A stretch of 64,000 nucleotides of DNA from Vampirovibrionales bacterium (GTDB lineage: Bacteria; Cyanobacteriota; Vampirovibrionia; Vampirovibrionales; Vampirovibrionaceae). The translations under genes were made by a program, and so were the position numbers. Positions 1 to 9,890 of this stretch are shown here, in pieces. Every line of letters begins with the position of its first letter. Positions within the stretch are counted from its first letter, which is position 1. The notes beneath the pieces are model-generated. The model was not told the origin of the DNA. It saw nothing but the letters and a program-made list of their open reading frames with translations, and made no database searches. The DNA is taken from contig JADJRF010000005.1 of NCBI GenBank assembly GCA_016712355.1, positions 1,997,184-2,061,183 of the forward strand. Direction: 5' to 3'.

Positions 1-55
1 ATTGTTACATGAGGTTTGAGCGTCGTCGATGCTGGGTAGCGCGGACCCCAGCGCA

Positions 56-787
56 TCAGACGCCGATAAACGTGCCCAGCTTTTCGCCCTGCAGGATTTT
101 ACGGATGGCGTGCGGCTCGTTAAAGTCAAACACCAGCAGCGGCAGACGCGTATCCTTGCACAGCGAAACAGCCGTTGCGTCCATCACCTTCAGGCCGCGA
201 ATCAGCACTTCGTCATAGGTCAGCGTGTCGAACTTCTGCGCGTCGTCGTGCTGGCGCGGGTCTTTATCGTAGACGCCATCGACGCCGTTTTTGGCCATGA
301 GAATCGCTTCGGCGTTGATTTCCGCGGCGCGCAGGGCGGCAGTCGTATCGGTTGAGAAAAACGGATTGCCGGTGCCGCCGCCAAAAATCACCACGCGGCC
401 TTTTTCCAGATGCCGGATGGCGCGCAGTCGAATATAGGGTTCCGCCACGCGGTTAATGTCGATGGCGCTGAGCATGCGCGTGTCCACGCCGGATTTTTTG
501 AGCATCCCCTGGAGAATCAGCGCATTCATGATGGTCGCCAGCATGCCGACGTAATCGGCGGCGGCGCGATCAATGCCGATTTTGGAGCTGGCTTGCAGGC
601 CCCGAAAAATATTGCCCCCGCCCACCACAATGGCGATTTCCACGCCCATGGCCGTCAGGGAGGCGACTTCGGCGGCGACCATACTCACCACGTCGGGGTT
701 AATGCCAAAGCCCTGATCGCCCATCAAGGCCTCGCCGCTGATTTTGAGCAGGATGCGCTTGAAGCGCAGGGGCTGGGCGGTTGGCAT
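56..787 (-). CDS. pyrH: UMP kinase
   Basis: ORF 56..871(-) carries [22 protein letters not shown] and [14 protein letters not shown] motifs. The track start at 871 is a TTG. The in-frame ATG at 787 gives an E. coli-like N-terminus ([15 protein letters not shown]). Confidence 0.9.
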   Translation of the reverse strand: MPTAQPLRFKRILLKISGEALMGDQGFGINPDVVSMVAAEVASLTAMGVEIAIVVGGGNIFRGLQASSKIGIDRAAADYVGMLATIMNALILQGMLKKSGVDTRMLSAIDINRVAEPYIRLRAIRHLEKGRVVIFGGGTGNPFFSTDTTAALRAAEINAEAILMAKNGVDGVYDKDPRQHDDAQKFDTLTYDEVLIRGLKVMDATAVSLCKDTRLPLLVFDFNEPHAIRKILQGEKLGTFIGV

Positions 788-886
788 CGTCGTAGGCGGC
801 GTCGCCTGAGCCTCCGCGCTGCGCGAAGACGGGTCAACAGGCGATGTCGTCATGTCGGGTACCAGCTCCAACGGGTTGGACGCGTT

Positions 887-1798
887 CTAGCGTAATTGGG
901 CCATTACTTCTTCAGCAAAATTGGCGGATTTCTTCTCGACGCCTTCGCCCAGCACAAAGCGGGTAAAGCGCGTAACGCTGACCAGTCCGCCCATTTTCTC
1001 GCCTTCGCGCTTCAGCAGGTCGCCGATAGTGACGCTGGGGTCCTTGACGAAAGGCTGCTCGATCAGGACGCGCTGGCTCATGAGTTTGGCGACGCGACCG
1101 GCGACAATCTTTTCGCGAATCTCCATCGGTTTGTTCTGGAGATCGTCTTTGCCCAGCTCAATGCGTTTTTCTTCTTCCACCACGTCCTGGGGAATTTCTT
1201 CAGTGGTGACGTAATCTGCGCCGGCGCTGGCGATCTGCATGCAGATATCTTTAGCGAGTTGGCGGAACTCGCCTTGCGGGGCGTTGGCGCTCTGGGTGCA
1301 AGCCAACTCGACCATAACGCCGATTTTACCGCCGGTGTGAATATAGGCATGAATCACGCCGCCGCCGGTGAGCTGGTAGCTGACCAGACGCCGCACGGTG
1401 ATGTTTTCTTTAATCTGGGCGACGCTTTGCGTCACTTGATCCTGCACGCCGGGAGCGGCCAGAAAGCTCGACGCATCGGCGGGCATTTGCTGGAGCGCTT
1501 GTTCCGACAGGCTTTTGGCAAGGGCGACAAAGGCATCGCCGCGCGCAACGAAATCGGTTTCGCAGTTGATTTCCAGCAGCGCGCCGCTGGCGCCGTCCGG
1601 GGCGATGGCGGCAATCACCTGACCTTCAGCGGTTTGGCGGCCGCCTTTTTTGCTGGCCGTCGCCAGGCCTTTTTGGCGCAGCAATTCGCTGGCTTTGTCC
1701 ATATCGCCGCCCGCTTCGACGAGGGCGTTTTTCGCGTCCATCATCCCCGCGCCGGTTTTTTCGCGCAGTTCTTTAACCTGTTCAGCCGTAATCGCCAT
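887..1798 (-). CDS. tsf: Elongation factor Ts
   Basis: Contains MAITAEQVKELREKTGAGMMDAKNALVEAGGDMDKA, the EF-Ts N-terminal UBA-like signature, then an EF-Ts core. Start taken at M5 of the track ORF. Syntenic between rpsB and pyrH. Confidence 0.9.
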   Translation of the reverse strand: MAITAEQVKELREKTGAGMMDAKNALVEAGGDMDKASELLRQKGLATASKKGGRQTAEGQVIAAIAPDGASGALLEINCETDFVARGDAFVALAKSLSEQALQQMPADASSFLAAPGVQDQVTQSVAQIKENITVRRLVSYQLTGGGVIHAYIHTGGKIGVMVELACTQSANAPQGEFRQLAKDICMQIASAGADYVTTEEIPQDVVEEEKRIELGKDDLQNKPMEIREKIVAGRVAKLMSQRVLIEQPFVKDPSVTIGDLLKREGEKMGGLVSVTRFTRFVLGEGVEKKSANFAEEVMAQLR

Positions 1799-1869
1799 GA
1801 TGAAACTCATGCTCCTTTGAGATTGTAAAATGCAGGATGAAAAGACGCGCGTCGCGCGACGGCGCGGGC

Positions 1870-2781
1870 TTAGGCCTCGTCGTCGCCGCCATAGGCGCGT
1901 TTGAGGGCCGCAGCCGCCAGCTCAGAAGCGCTAGGGCCTTCCTCTTCTTTTTCGGGTTCCTGTGCTTCGGCAGGGGCGGGCTCCGGGGAGGAGGCTTCCG
2001 CAACCGTGGCCTGCGCCTGTTGAGGCGCGTCTTCCGGCGTCGCCGCATCTTCATCGCCGGGGCGTTGTTGCTTGCCCAGCGAAGCCAGATGACGTTCGCG
2101 CTCCTGACGGCCTTCGAGAATCGCGTCGGCCAGGCGGCCCGTGATCAGGCGGATGGCGCGAATGGCGTCATCGTTGCCCGGAATCGCATAGGTCGCCGAA
2201 CTCGGATCGCAGTTGGTATCCACGATGCTGACAATCGGGATGCCGATTTTCTGGGCTTCTTCGACCGCCAGAGACTCGCGACGCTGGTCGACGATGAACA
2301 GAATATCGGGCATGCCGCGCATATCCTTGACGCCGCCCAGCGTTTTTTCCAGCTTGGCGAGCTGGCGCATCAGCATGGAGACTTCTTTTTTGGGCAGGCG
2401 CTCAAAGTGGCCGTTATCGCGCATTTCTTCCAGTTCGCGCAGCTTGTTGATACGCGTGCGAATAATCTCAAAATTGGTGAGCGTGCCGCCCAGCCAGCGG
2501 CGGTTGATGTAGAAGACGCCGGCGCGGCGGGCTTCTTCTTCCACAATGTCGGTCGCCTGTTTTTTGGTGCCGACGAAGACAATCTTTTTACCCTTGCTGG
2601 CAGCGGTTTTCAGGAACTCGTAGGCCGCATCGAGCATGTGGGTGGTTTGCGTCAGATCAATGATGTAAATGCCGTTGCGCTCGCCCCAGATATAGGGTTT
2701 CATTTTGGGATTCCAGCGGTTGGTCTGGTGGCCGAAATGAACGCCGGCTTCCATAAGTTCTTCTAACGAGGCGACAGGCAT
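1870..2781 (-). CDS. rpsB: 30S ribosomal protein S2
   Basis: [31 protein letters not shown] is a canonical S2 N-terminus, at M24 of the track ORF. Carries a C-terminal Ala/Pro/Glu-rich acidic tail. Confidence 0.9.
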   Translation of the reverse strand: MPVASLEELMEAGVHFGHQTNRWNPKMKPYIWGERNGIYIIDLTQTTHMLDAAYEFLKTAASKGKKIVFVGTKKQATDIVEEEARRAGVFYINRRWLGGTLTNFEIIRTRINKLRELEEMRDNGHFERLPKKEVSMLMRQLAKLEKTLGGVKDMRGMPDILFIVDQRRESLAVEEAQKIGIPIVSIVDTNCDPSSATYAIPGNDDAIRAIRLITGRLADAILEGRQERERHLASLGKQQRPGDEDAATPEDAPQQAQATVAEASSPEPAPAEAQEPEKEEEGPSASELAAAALKRAYGGDDEA

Positions 2782-3044
2782 AAACGCTCCTTCCAGATGA
2801 AACGGTTCAGGCGATGGCGTTGGGCCGACACGATGCGGGCCGACGCGCATATTGCCATCATCTTACACGCTCACCCGCCGCAGACAAGCCCCCGCCCGAA
2901 TCGCCGACAAGCGACCCGCTTGCGGGCGCCAATCAATATTCAATCGCTGACACGCCAGAGGTCAGGGCGTCATCAGCGGGTTGAGGATTGAATCCAATTG
3001 ACGCGATTAGCCGAGTGGACAATTTGGATTGAATTCGTCCTGAT

Positions 3045-3050
3045 TATAAT
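3045..3050 (+). promoter_or_regulatory. Candidate -10 box (TATAAT) upstream of the rubrerythrin gene
   Basis: Perfect TATAAT sits about 85 nt upstream of the ATG at 3135. No good -35 is seen. Confidence 0.25.
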
Positions 3051-3134
3051 GGCCGTCGTTGTCGGCCGCACGGCGGCGCTCAGGCGCAACCTGCGCGCGC
3101 GGCGGCTGATTTTTAAGGACGAAAGGATGTCTTC

Positions 3135-3713
3135 ATGCCGGAACTCAAGGGATCGCAAACCGAGAAAAACCTGCTCAAAGCCTTTGCGGGCGAATCGCAG
3201 GCGCGGAATCGCTATACATATTTTTCATCTCAGGCCAAAAAAGAAGGCCTGATCCAGATTGCCGCCGTGTTTGAAGAAACCGCCAATCATGAACGCGAAC
3301 ACGCCAAGCGGTTTTTCAAGTTTCTGCAAGGCGGCATGCTGGAAATTACGGCGACATTTCCCGCAGGCATTATCGGATCGACGGCGGATAACCTGAGGGC
3401 AGCCGCCGCAGGCGAGCATGAAGAATGGGAGATTCTGTATCCCGGTTTTGCGCAGTGCGCGCGCGATGAGGGATTCTCTGGCATCGCCACGGTGTTCGAC
3501 AGTATCTGCCGGGCGGAACAATTCCATGAGCGGCGCTATCTGGCGCTGCTGGAAAACGTCATCGAGCAAAGCGTCTTTAAAAAGGCCCAGCCCGTGCAAT
3601 GGCGCTGCCGTAACTGCGGATTAATTCACGAGGGGCCTGAAGCGCCCGGCGCCTGCCCGGCCTGCGCGCATCCGCAAGCGCACTTTGAGCTATGGGAGCA
3701 TAACTGGCTCTAG
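3135..3713 (+). CDS. Rubrerythrin (ferritin-like diiron domain + C-terminal rubredoxin-like CxxC..CxxC)
   Basis: Two E..EXXH diiron motifs (EETANHEREHAKRF, EHEEWE..RAEQFHERRY) and C-terminal CRNCG...CPACAH. RBS AAAGGA precedes the ATG. Confidence 0.85.
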   Translation: MPELKGSQTEKNLLKAFAGESQARNRYTYFSSQAKKEGLIQIAAVFEETANHEREHAKRFFKFLQGGMLEITATFPAGIIGSTADNLRAAAAGEHEEWEILYPGFAQCARDEGFSGIATVFDSICRAEQFHERRYLALLENVIEQSVFKKAQPVQWRCRNCGLIHEGPEAPGACPACAHPQAHFELWEHNWL

Positions 3714-3728
3714 GGCCAGCCCGAACAA

Positions 3729-3763
3729 GAATAACGCCCGTCGGCGCGTTTGATTTAGACGCC
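3729..3763 (+). terminator. GC-rich inverted repeat (about 11-bp stem, 15-nt loop) after rubrerythrin; possible terminator or stability hairpin
   Basis: ccgtcggcgcg ... cgcgccgacgg arms are exact reverse complements. No U-tract follows. Confidence 0.3.
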
Positions 3764-3887
3764 CGCGCCGACGGCACGGCGGAAATCCCATATTTAAGGG
3801 GCATCGCGGCGGACAAAAGCGGCTACAATGAGAGGGACGGGTTTTCACGGAGACGCTCAGTTTGAATCAGCCGGAATACGCTTGCCG

Positions 3888-5234
3888 ATGAGAGGCCTTC
3901 CCACGCGACGCCTCAACGTCTATCGCGCGCCCATTCTTCAAAGTCTGTCGCCCTCGCAGCTAGAGTTCTGGCCCGATGGCGCGCTGGCAATGGACGACAA
4001 TGGCATGATTCTGGCCTGTGGGCCGTGGCAAACGATTGTGCCGCAAGTCCAGGGCGGCGATATGAGCCTGACCGTCTTCCCCAAAGGCTCGCTGATCCTG
4101 CCGGGACTGATTGACCTGCATACGCATCTGCCGCAATTGCCGGTGGCGGGACGGCCGCGCGCCGGGCTGCTCGACTGGCTGGAGTCCGTGGTGTACCCAG
4201 CCGAAAGCCGATTTTGCGAAGAGCGTTACGCTCGGCAGACGATTCACTGGTTTTTTCGCGAACTGTTGTCGCACGGCATCACGACTGCGGGCGTCTTGCT
4301 GACGACGCATTCGCAGGCCGCTCGCGTGGCGTTTGAAACCGCCGATCAGATGGGCAATCGCGTCGTCATGGGCCTCACGCTGATGGATGGCCATGGGCCC
4401 GGCAGTCTGATCCGTCCGGCGGACGCCCTTTTACGAGACGCCGACAGCTTGTGCCGCACCTGGCACGGGCATGAGAAGAACCGTATCCGCTATGCCTTCT
4501 GTCCGCGCTATGCGCTGGCCTGCTCGCCGGATTTACTGCGCGGGACGGCGCGCTTGCTTGAACAGCATCCGGGCGCCTTCTGTCATACGCATCTGGCGGA
4601 ACAGCGTGACGAGGTGGCGGCGGTGCGCGACGCCTTCCCCGACGCGGCTTCTTATACAGACGTATACCATCAGGCCGGACTGCTGGGCGATCACACGCTG
4701 CTTGCGCATGCGATTCATTTGAACGAGGCGGAATTTGACGCGATTCAGGCGGCGCATGCGCGCGTGATCCATTGCCCGAGCGCCAATCTGTTTCTTAAAA
4801 GCGGGCGTTTCCGCTGGGGCGAGGCCCGAGGGCGCGACATCCGGGTCGGGCTGGGGTCTGACGTCGGCGCCGGGCCGTCTCTCAACATGCTGGGCGTGAT
4901 GCGCGATGCGCTGACCATCCAGAGCGATCCGCACGGCGGCGCTGCGCCGGATGCGCCCACGGTTGAAGAACTCTTTTACGCGGCCACGCTGGGCGCCGCC
5001 GACGCGCTGGGCTCTTCGGATCGGCTGGGGTCGCTCAAGCCCGGAAAAGAAGCGGACTTTATCGTGCTGAATCTCTCGGCGCGCTCGTCGCTGCCGGGCG
5101 ATTTACTGCAACAACCCGCGCACGACCTGCTGGCGTCGCTCATCTGGCTGGGAGACGAGCGCCTGGTGTCCAAAACCTTCGTCCGCGGTCAAGAAGTCTA
5201 TCCGCAAAACGAAGGCCTGATTTTCGGGATTTAG
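3888..5234 (+). CDS. Metal-dependent amidohydrolase, nucleobase (guanine/cytosine-type) deaminase family
   Basis: PGLIDLHTHLPQ metal-binding HxH motif, amidohydrolase length, later HxH/D motifs. Start chosen at MRGLPT (M21 of track ORF) to match family N-termini. Confidence 0.6.
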   Translation: MRGLPTRRLNVYRAPILQSLSPSQLEFWPDGALAMDDNGMILACGPWQTIVPQVQGGDMSLTVFPKGSLILPGLIDLHTHLPQLPVAGRPRAGLLDWLESVVYPAESRFCEERYARQTIHWFFRELLSHGITTAGVLLTTHSQAARVAFETADQMGNRVVMGLTLMDGHGPGSLIRPADALLRDADSLCRTWHGHEKNRIRYAFCPRYALACSPDLLRGTARLLEQHPGAFCHTHLAEQRDEVAAVRDAFPDAASYTDVYHQAGLLGDHTLLAHAIHLNEAEFDAIQAAHARVIHCPSANLFLKSGRFRWGEARGRDIRVGLGSDVGAGPSLNMLGVMRDALTIQSDPHGGAAPDAPTVEELFYAATLGAADALGSSDRLGSLKPGKEADFIVLNLSARSSLPGDLLQQPAHDLLASLIWLGDERLVSKTFVRGQEVYPQNEGLIFGI

Positions 5235-5273
5235 GGCGCGCAAATTCCGCCAGCATTCAGGGCGCTTGGCGCG

Positions 5274-5690
5274 TCAGGCGCGGCGGGTTTTCCTGCAAGG
5301 CGAATCAAGCTGCGACTCGCCTGCAGGTCTGGCATGCTGAGCCTTATGCTCTTCGTCCACGAGCGCGGCGCAATCGGCGCAATAGCGGCCTTTTCGCTCG
5401 CGATTATTCTGGGTTTTGCCGCAGCGCTTGCAGTAAATCAGCACATGGGCGGCGCCGGGGCCGAGCAGGCCATCAAAAAACAGGATTTCCGCATCGAGCT
5501 GCGACATCTGGCACAGGCGCGACAAGTCCTCGAGCAGCGTTTCCGGCTGGCAGACCAGCACGCGCTGGCTGCGCTGAATCAAGACTTCCAGCGTCGTCAT
5601 GCAGTCAGGACAATAGGCGCTGCGCAACAAGCGAAAAATCTTGTTACAGCGACGACAATTCGTCAGTTTGCCAACAACGGGGAGGGCCAT
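5274..5690 (-). CDS. Hypothetical protein with two CxxC..CxxC zinc-ribbon motifs
   Basis: CRRC..CPDC and CKRC..CADC. Paralogous to the N-terminal half of the adjacent upstream gene. Confidence 0.5.
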   Translation of the reverse strand: MALPVVGKLTNCRRCNKIFRLLRSAYCPDCMTTLEVLIQRSQRVLVCQPETLLEDLSRLCQMSQLDAEILFFDGLLGPGAAHVLIYCKRCGKTQNNRERKGRYCADCAALVDEEHKAQHARPAGESQLDSPCRKTRRA

Positions 5691-5702
5691 TCAAGCAGCC
5701 TT

Positions 5703-6530
5703 TCAAGAAGACGTAGAAGAGGGAGCGGGCGCATTGCGCTTGAACCCATAATGACGAATCTGCCCCTGACGGGAAAAATAGGCATGATGCGTCTGAAGCA
5801 GGCGTTGTTCCTGCGAGGTGAGGGGGCCGTCATCGTCGGCGCGATCGAGAATCAGCAGGATTTCGCGCCAGTCTTGCGCAGGCGCCGCGCTTGAGACGGT
5901 TTCGACAAGCGGCCCTTCAGCGGCGACAGGCGAAAGAGACGTAAGCCCGTCGCGCTCGCGAATCACCGCTTCGTAAAGCGCCTTGTAATGCGCCAGTTCC
6001 TGACGAAGCGCTTCTATTTCGCCGCCCTCCTCCGGCGCTTGCGGCAGCGCATCGGGTAGCGGGAGCGCCTCGGGCAAAGGGGTTTCGCTCATCGAGAGAC
6101 ACGGCGGCGGAGCGGCGCTCTCCTGCAGGGCCGTCTGGGCGCGGCGCTCGTTATCAGAGGCAAAAATCGCCTGCGGGTCGTTGTCCACCAGCGGGATAAG
6201 CTGTTCCAGACAATGCAGGCATAAAGGTTCAACGGAATCAGCATTTTTCAGGCGCTGATGGCACACGTTGCAATAGCCGCGCTTCCATAGCGGCAGGTCT
6301 TTGATGGCGCCATTGCCCAGCCGGAAATACAGCGAATTGGCGAGCCGCTGCGCCGACAGGCCCGTTTTCTGGGCCAGATGCAGCATATTGAGGTTTTCCA
6401 GATGCTTGCCCAGTTTGCGGTAATAGCGATCGTAGCGGGAATATTCGGTCTCCAGGCAGTTGCCGCACATGGTATGCGCGCCCGTTCGCTGAAACGGTCG
6501 GTTACACTGCACGCAATTGACGATAAACAT
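5703..6530 (-). CDS. Hypothetical zinc-ribbon protein (paralog of 5274..5690) with Pro/Ala/Glu-rich C-terminal half
   Basis: CVQC..CGNC and CNVC..CLHC. Start at MFIVNCVQCN (M23 of track ORF 5703..6596). Confidence 0.5.
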   Translation of the reverse strand: MFIVNCVQCNRPFQRTGAHTMCGNCLETEYSRYDRYYRKLGKHLENLNMLHLAQKTGLSAQRLANSLYFRLGNGAIKDLPLWKRGYCNVCHQRLKNADSVEPLCLHCLEQLIPLVDNDPQAIFASDNERRAQTALQESAAPPPCLSMSETPLPEALPLPDALPQAPEEGGEIEALRQELAHYKALYEAVIRERDGLTSLSPVAAEGPLVETVSSAAPAQDWREILLILDRADDDGPLTSQEQRLLQTHHAYFSRQGQIRHYGFKRNAPAPSSTSS

Positions 6531-6728
6531 CGGCTCGATCGCTCGCTCGTTCTGAAAATCGGGCGTCTGACCCGGCGGACGGGAAAAATCACGCAAACGC
6601 GCTTACTGAATCTATCGGCAAATCGCGCGCAAAGTTGAGCGCGCCTGCGCCTCCGTATCTCAGGGGAGTCAAACGCGGGCCGCGCGCGCTAGAATAAGGC
6701 CGTACCGCTCGCCATACTGGACGCCGCA

Positions 6729-7928
6729 ATGCCCCTGACGCCCATTCGACTCCTCAGCGAAATCAAGGAACAACCCGCCCTGCTGCGCGAGATTCTCGCC
6801 GCACAACCGGAGCGCCTGACGCGTCATGCGGCAATTCCGCTGGACAAAACCCGCCTGATTGGCGTCGCCGAAGGCTCCAGCCGACACGCGCTCGATATTG
6901 CCGCGCCCTTTCTGGAAACCTGCATCGGCTTGCCCTTCGTCACCCGAGGGCCGGAAGACCTGCTCGAACGCCAGACCATCGCCCAGGCCATTGCGCCGCA
7001 ACGCGAACCGCGCGATCCGGCGGCCTTTTACCTGTTTGTCTCCCAGTCGGGCGAAACAGCCAGCGTCCTGCGGGCCGCGCAATGGCTGTTTCCGCAGGCC
7101 GCGCCTGCGCCGTTGGGCGCTGCGGCTCAAGCCCTCAGCGTGACCAATCACGAGCAATCGTCGCTGGCGCGGCGCTTTGGCAATCATGTCCTCATCGGCG
7201 CAGGGGAAGAGCGCTCTATCGCCGCAACCAAGACGCTTACCGCCACGCTGATGACCCTCTTGCTCTGGGGCGCCGCCGTTGGCCGCTCGCTGCGACGCCT
7301 GACGCCGGACGCTTACGATAAAACGCTCGCGCAACTCGCCGCCGTGCCGGATCAAATTGACGCGCTTCTGAGTGAGGCGCCCATGGCGGCGCTCCAGCGA
7401 TTTACGCATAAACTGATTGAGGTTAACCACTTCGTACTCATCTCAAAAGGCCCCACCACGCTGATTTTGCCAGAAGCCGGGCTGAAACTCACTGAAACGT
7501 CTAGCAATATCGTCTATACCGATAACGCCGAAAGCTTCAAACACGGCCCCAAAGTGATTCTGTCGGGGGTGAACGGGCATCACCCCAATGCTATTTACCT
7601 GACGCCGACAGACGCGACGCTGGCTGATGAGCTGTATCGGGATGCGCGCAGCCATTTTTGGCGCGATCTGGCGGGAGAATCGCCGCAGCGAGCCTTTGAA
7701 GACGATCGCGTGTTCTTCATCCGCTTCGAGAACAGTCCCACCCTGCCGACGGAATTCGCGGCGCAGTGGCCCATTAGCGCCGATCGCCTGCTGACGCTGC
7801 CCGCCTGCGGATTAATTGACAGCTTGTTCGTGTCTCTGGTGGCGTTTCAGCTTATCAGTTATCACCTGGCCGCGCTCAAAGGCGAAAACCCGGATAACCC
7901 CACGCTACAAAAAGCCGTTACGGAGTAA
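6729..7928 (+). CDS. SIS-domain sugar-phosphate isomerase/deaminase (AgaS/GlmS-C-terminal-like)
   Basis: Two SIS-like segments (GVAEGSSRHA.., VSQSGETAS..) in a protein of about 400 aa. Confidence 0.55.
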   Translation: MPLTPIRLLSEIKEQPALLREILAAQPERLTRHAAIPLDKTRLIGVAEGSSRHALDIAAPFLETCIGLPFVTRGPEDLLERQTIAQAIAPQREPRDPAAFYLFVSQSGETASVLRAAQWLFPQAAPAPLGAAAQALSVTNHEQSSLARRFGNHVLIGAGEERSIAATKTLTATLMTLLLWGAAVGRSLRRLTPDAYDKTLAQLAAVPDQIDALLSEAPMAALQRFTHKLIEVNHFVLISKGPTTLILPEAGLKLTETSSNIVYTDNAESFKHGPKVILSGVNGHHPNAIYLTPTDATLADELYRDARSHFWRDLAGESPQRAFEDDRVFFIRFENSPTLPTEFAAQWPISADRLLTLPACGLIDSLFVSLVAFQLISYHLAALKGENPDNPTLQKAVTE

Positions 7929-8505
7929 GCGCCGCCTCAATTTGAGCGAGAATCGCCTCTCGCCCCTGATTCTTCGGCGAGGCGACCAGCGTAATCGCCT
8001 GCGGATCAAGGCCGAGTAATTCTGCCGCCGCGCGTTGATGCGTCTTCAGGTCGGCTTGTGCGGCTTTGTCCGCCTTGGTCAGCGCCACGCGCGTCGGCAA
8101 ATCGTGATAGCGCAGCCATTGCGCCATCTGGATATCGTTTGGCTGAAACCCATGACGCCCGTCGGCCAGCAGAAAAATCAGTCGCAAGCGCGGGTTTTGA
8201 CGCAGATAGGTTTCCAGCGACTTTTGCCAGCGGGCCTGTTCGGTTTTTGAAACGCGCGCATAGCCGTAGCCGGGCAGATCAACCAGAAACCATGCGTTAT
8301 CAATCCAGTAATAGTTAATCAGGCGGGTTTTGCCGGGCGTGTTGGAGGTCTTCGCCAGATTTTTACGGCCCGTGAGGCAATTAATCAGCGAGGATTTGCC
8401 GACGTTGGAGCGGCCGACAAAGGCGATTTCCGGCGCATCGCCCATCACAGGCGCATCGGCCAGAGAAGGCGCGCTTTTGATAAATTCAGCGACGTGAATT
8501 TTCAC
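7918..8505 (-). CDS. engB: Ribosome biogenesis GTP-binding protein YihA/EngB
   Basis: PEIAFVGRSNVGKSSLIN (G1), DLPGYG (G3), TKADK (G4). Typical EngB length. Confidence 0.85.
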   Translation of the reverse strand: MKIHVAEFIKSAPSLADAPVMGDAPEIAFVGRSNVGKSSLINCLTGRKNLAKTSNTPGKTRLINYYWIDNAWFLVDLPGYGYARVSKTEQARWQKSLETYLRQNPRLRLIFLLADGRHGFQPNDIQMAQWLRYHDLPTRVALTKADKAAQADLKTHQRAAAELLGLDPQAITLVASPKNQGREAILAQIEAALTP

Positions 8506-8802
8506 GGGGGGTTACTCGATCCGTCAGAATGTGTTTCTGCGTAAGGCCATTCTTCAGGGGTATTCTAGCATCCTGAAAACAGAAGCCTTTGCTGAAGGGC
8601 CTTTTAAAACCCACTTCGACGGCATGCGCCGCCATCCGTCCAATGACTCGCCCACCGGCGGCGCAATTGTGTTAAAATTTTTAACGATTTGGGAAACTGC
8701 CTCCAGGCGCGGTCATGTTTACGCATCGCGGGGCGTTAGTACCCAATACGGCGCCTCCGCCCGCCGGAACTTCGCCAACGCTTTAAGGTCTTTTAGCAAG
8801 AT

Positions 8803-9873
8803 ATGCCTCTGTTTTTGACCTCGCCCGCCCGAACCTGCTCCGCCGTCGCCCTTGCGCTGACGGTCCTTCTCGCTGGCAGCGCCGCGAGCTGGGCCAGATC
8901 CAAAGCGCCAAGCCTGCCCCAGCGGAGTTTTCTGCCGCCGGTGGCCGCCATTAACCCTATTGTTGACCCCAATGCCTCGACGAATCCTGACGCGGGCGAG
9001 TTGGGGCCGGTGACGCTCTCGGCAGTCAGCACGCCGCTGCTAAAAGTAGGCGCGCGCATCACAAAACTGGATAACGATCTGGGGATTCGCGCCTCGGACA
9101 AGGATTTCCAGACCCTGTTGACGTTGCAGCGCGCAGCCGACGACGCCGATTTAAAATCTTTATGGGACTCGACGGTCGAAAAAAACCCCGTCATCCGCTT
9201 TTCGCTGGAGAAGCTGGCTTCGCCTGACGATCTGCACGGCAAACAGTCCAGCCTGTTTATGCGCAAGACGCTCAACGTGCTGATTTCCGGCGCGACTATC
9301 GCCGCGACGATGATGCCCGGCGCGGGGACGTATCGCAATATGGGCGCAATGGCAGGCGGCGACGCGCTGCGTAACCTCTCTTCTGGAAAAGTCGTCCCGC
9401 CGGAGAATATGCTCAGCCCCACCGAGAAAATTCAGCTCGCCGGTATGGTCGATGAGCTTCAGGGCAAGGTGATCGGCTCCTATCACGACTACAAGAACAC
9501 CCTGCAATCGCTGATTCTGTCCCGTCAGACGACGGAGCGGCATCATACGGCCTATGCCAACGCGCTCAAAACCCATAGCGATATGGCGATTCTGGCCTCA
9601 GGCAGCGCCTACTATAAAGCCCTGATGGCGGAAAGCGCCCTGCGTAATCGCGCCAAGCTCTATCGTCTGGAGCTGGAGCGTCTGGCGGGGGCTGACACCG
9701 TAGACGGGCTTCAGCTTTCGGTCGCCTACACCCACGATCTGCTCGAAGAATCACGGGTAAAATCCGCCGCAAGCAAGCCTGATGCGGCGCAAACAGCCGC
9801 GCTTCCTGTCCAGACGCCTGCGCCCGCTGCGGCGGCGGCTGCCGCGCCCAAGCCCAACGCCTCGTTGCGATAG
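8803..9873 (+). CDS. Secreted hypothetical protein (signal peptide)
   Basis: N-terminal hydrophobic signal-like segment. C-terminal region is paralogous to the next gene (LWDSTVEKNPVIRFSLEKL / VDELQGKVIGSYHDYKNTLQSL). Confidence 0.5.
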   Translation: MPLFLTSPARTCSAVALALTVLLAGSAASWARSKAPSLPQRSFLPPVAAINPIVDPNASTNPDAGELGPVTLSAVSTPLLKVGARITKLDNDLGIRASDKDFQTLLTLQRAADDADLKSLWDSTVEKNPVIRFSLEKLASPDDLHGKQSSLFMRKTLNVLISGATIAATMMPGAGTYRNMGAMAGGDALRNLSSGKVVPPENMLSPTEKIQLAGMVDELQGKVIGSYHDYKNTLQSLILSRQTTERHHTAYANALKTHSDMAILASGSAYYKALMAESALRNRAKLYRLELERLAGADTVDGLQLSVAYTHDLLEESRVKSAASKPDAAQTAALPVQTPAPAAAAAAAPKPNASLR

Positions 9874-9890
9874 ATTGGCCCGACTCCCCA

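Noticed and set aside
896-2766. Long plus-strand ORFs (896..1828, 1837..2766) antisense to tsf and rpsB. Similar antisense ORFs occur at 13614..14564, 16969..17604, 22338..23171, 34937..35827, 38015..39268 and 44832..45887.
   Set aside because: In about 65% GC DNA, stop-free antisense frames arise by chance. They overlap genes with strong family signatures, have no RBS or recognisable motifs, and several begin with the track's TTG pseudo-start.
5274-6596. Assignment of the zinc-ribbon pair to a flagellar or anti-sigma family
   Set aside because: Only the generic CxxC spacing matches. No other flagellar or sigma-factor context is present.
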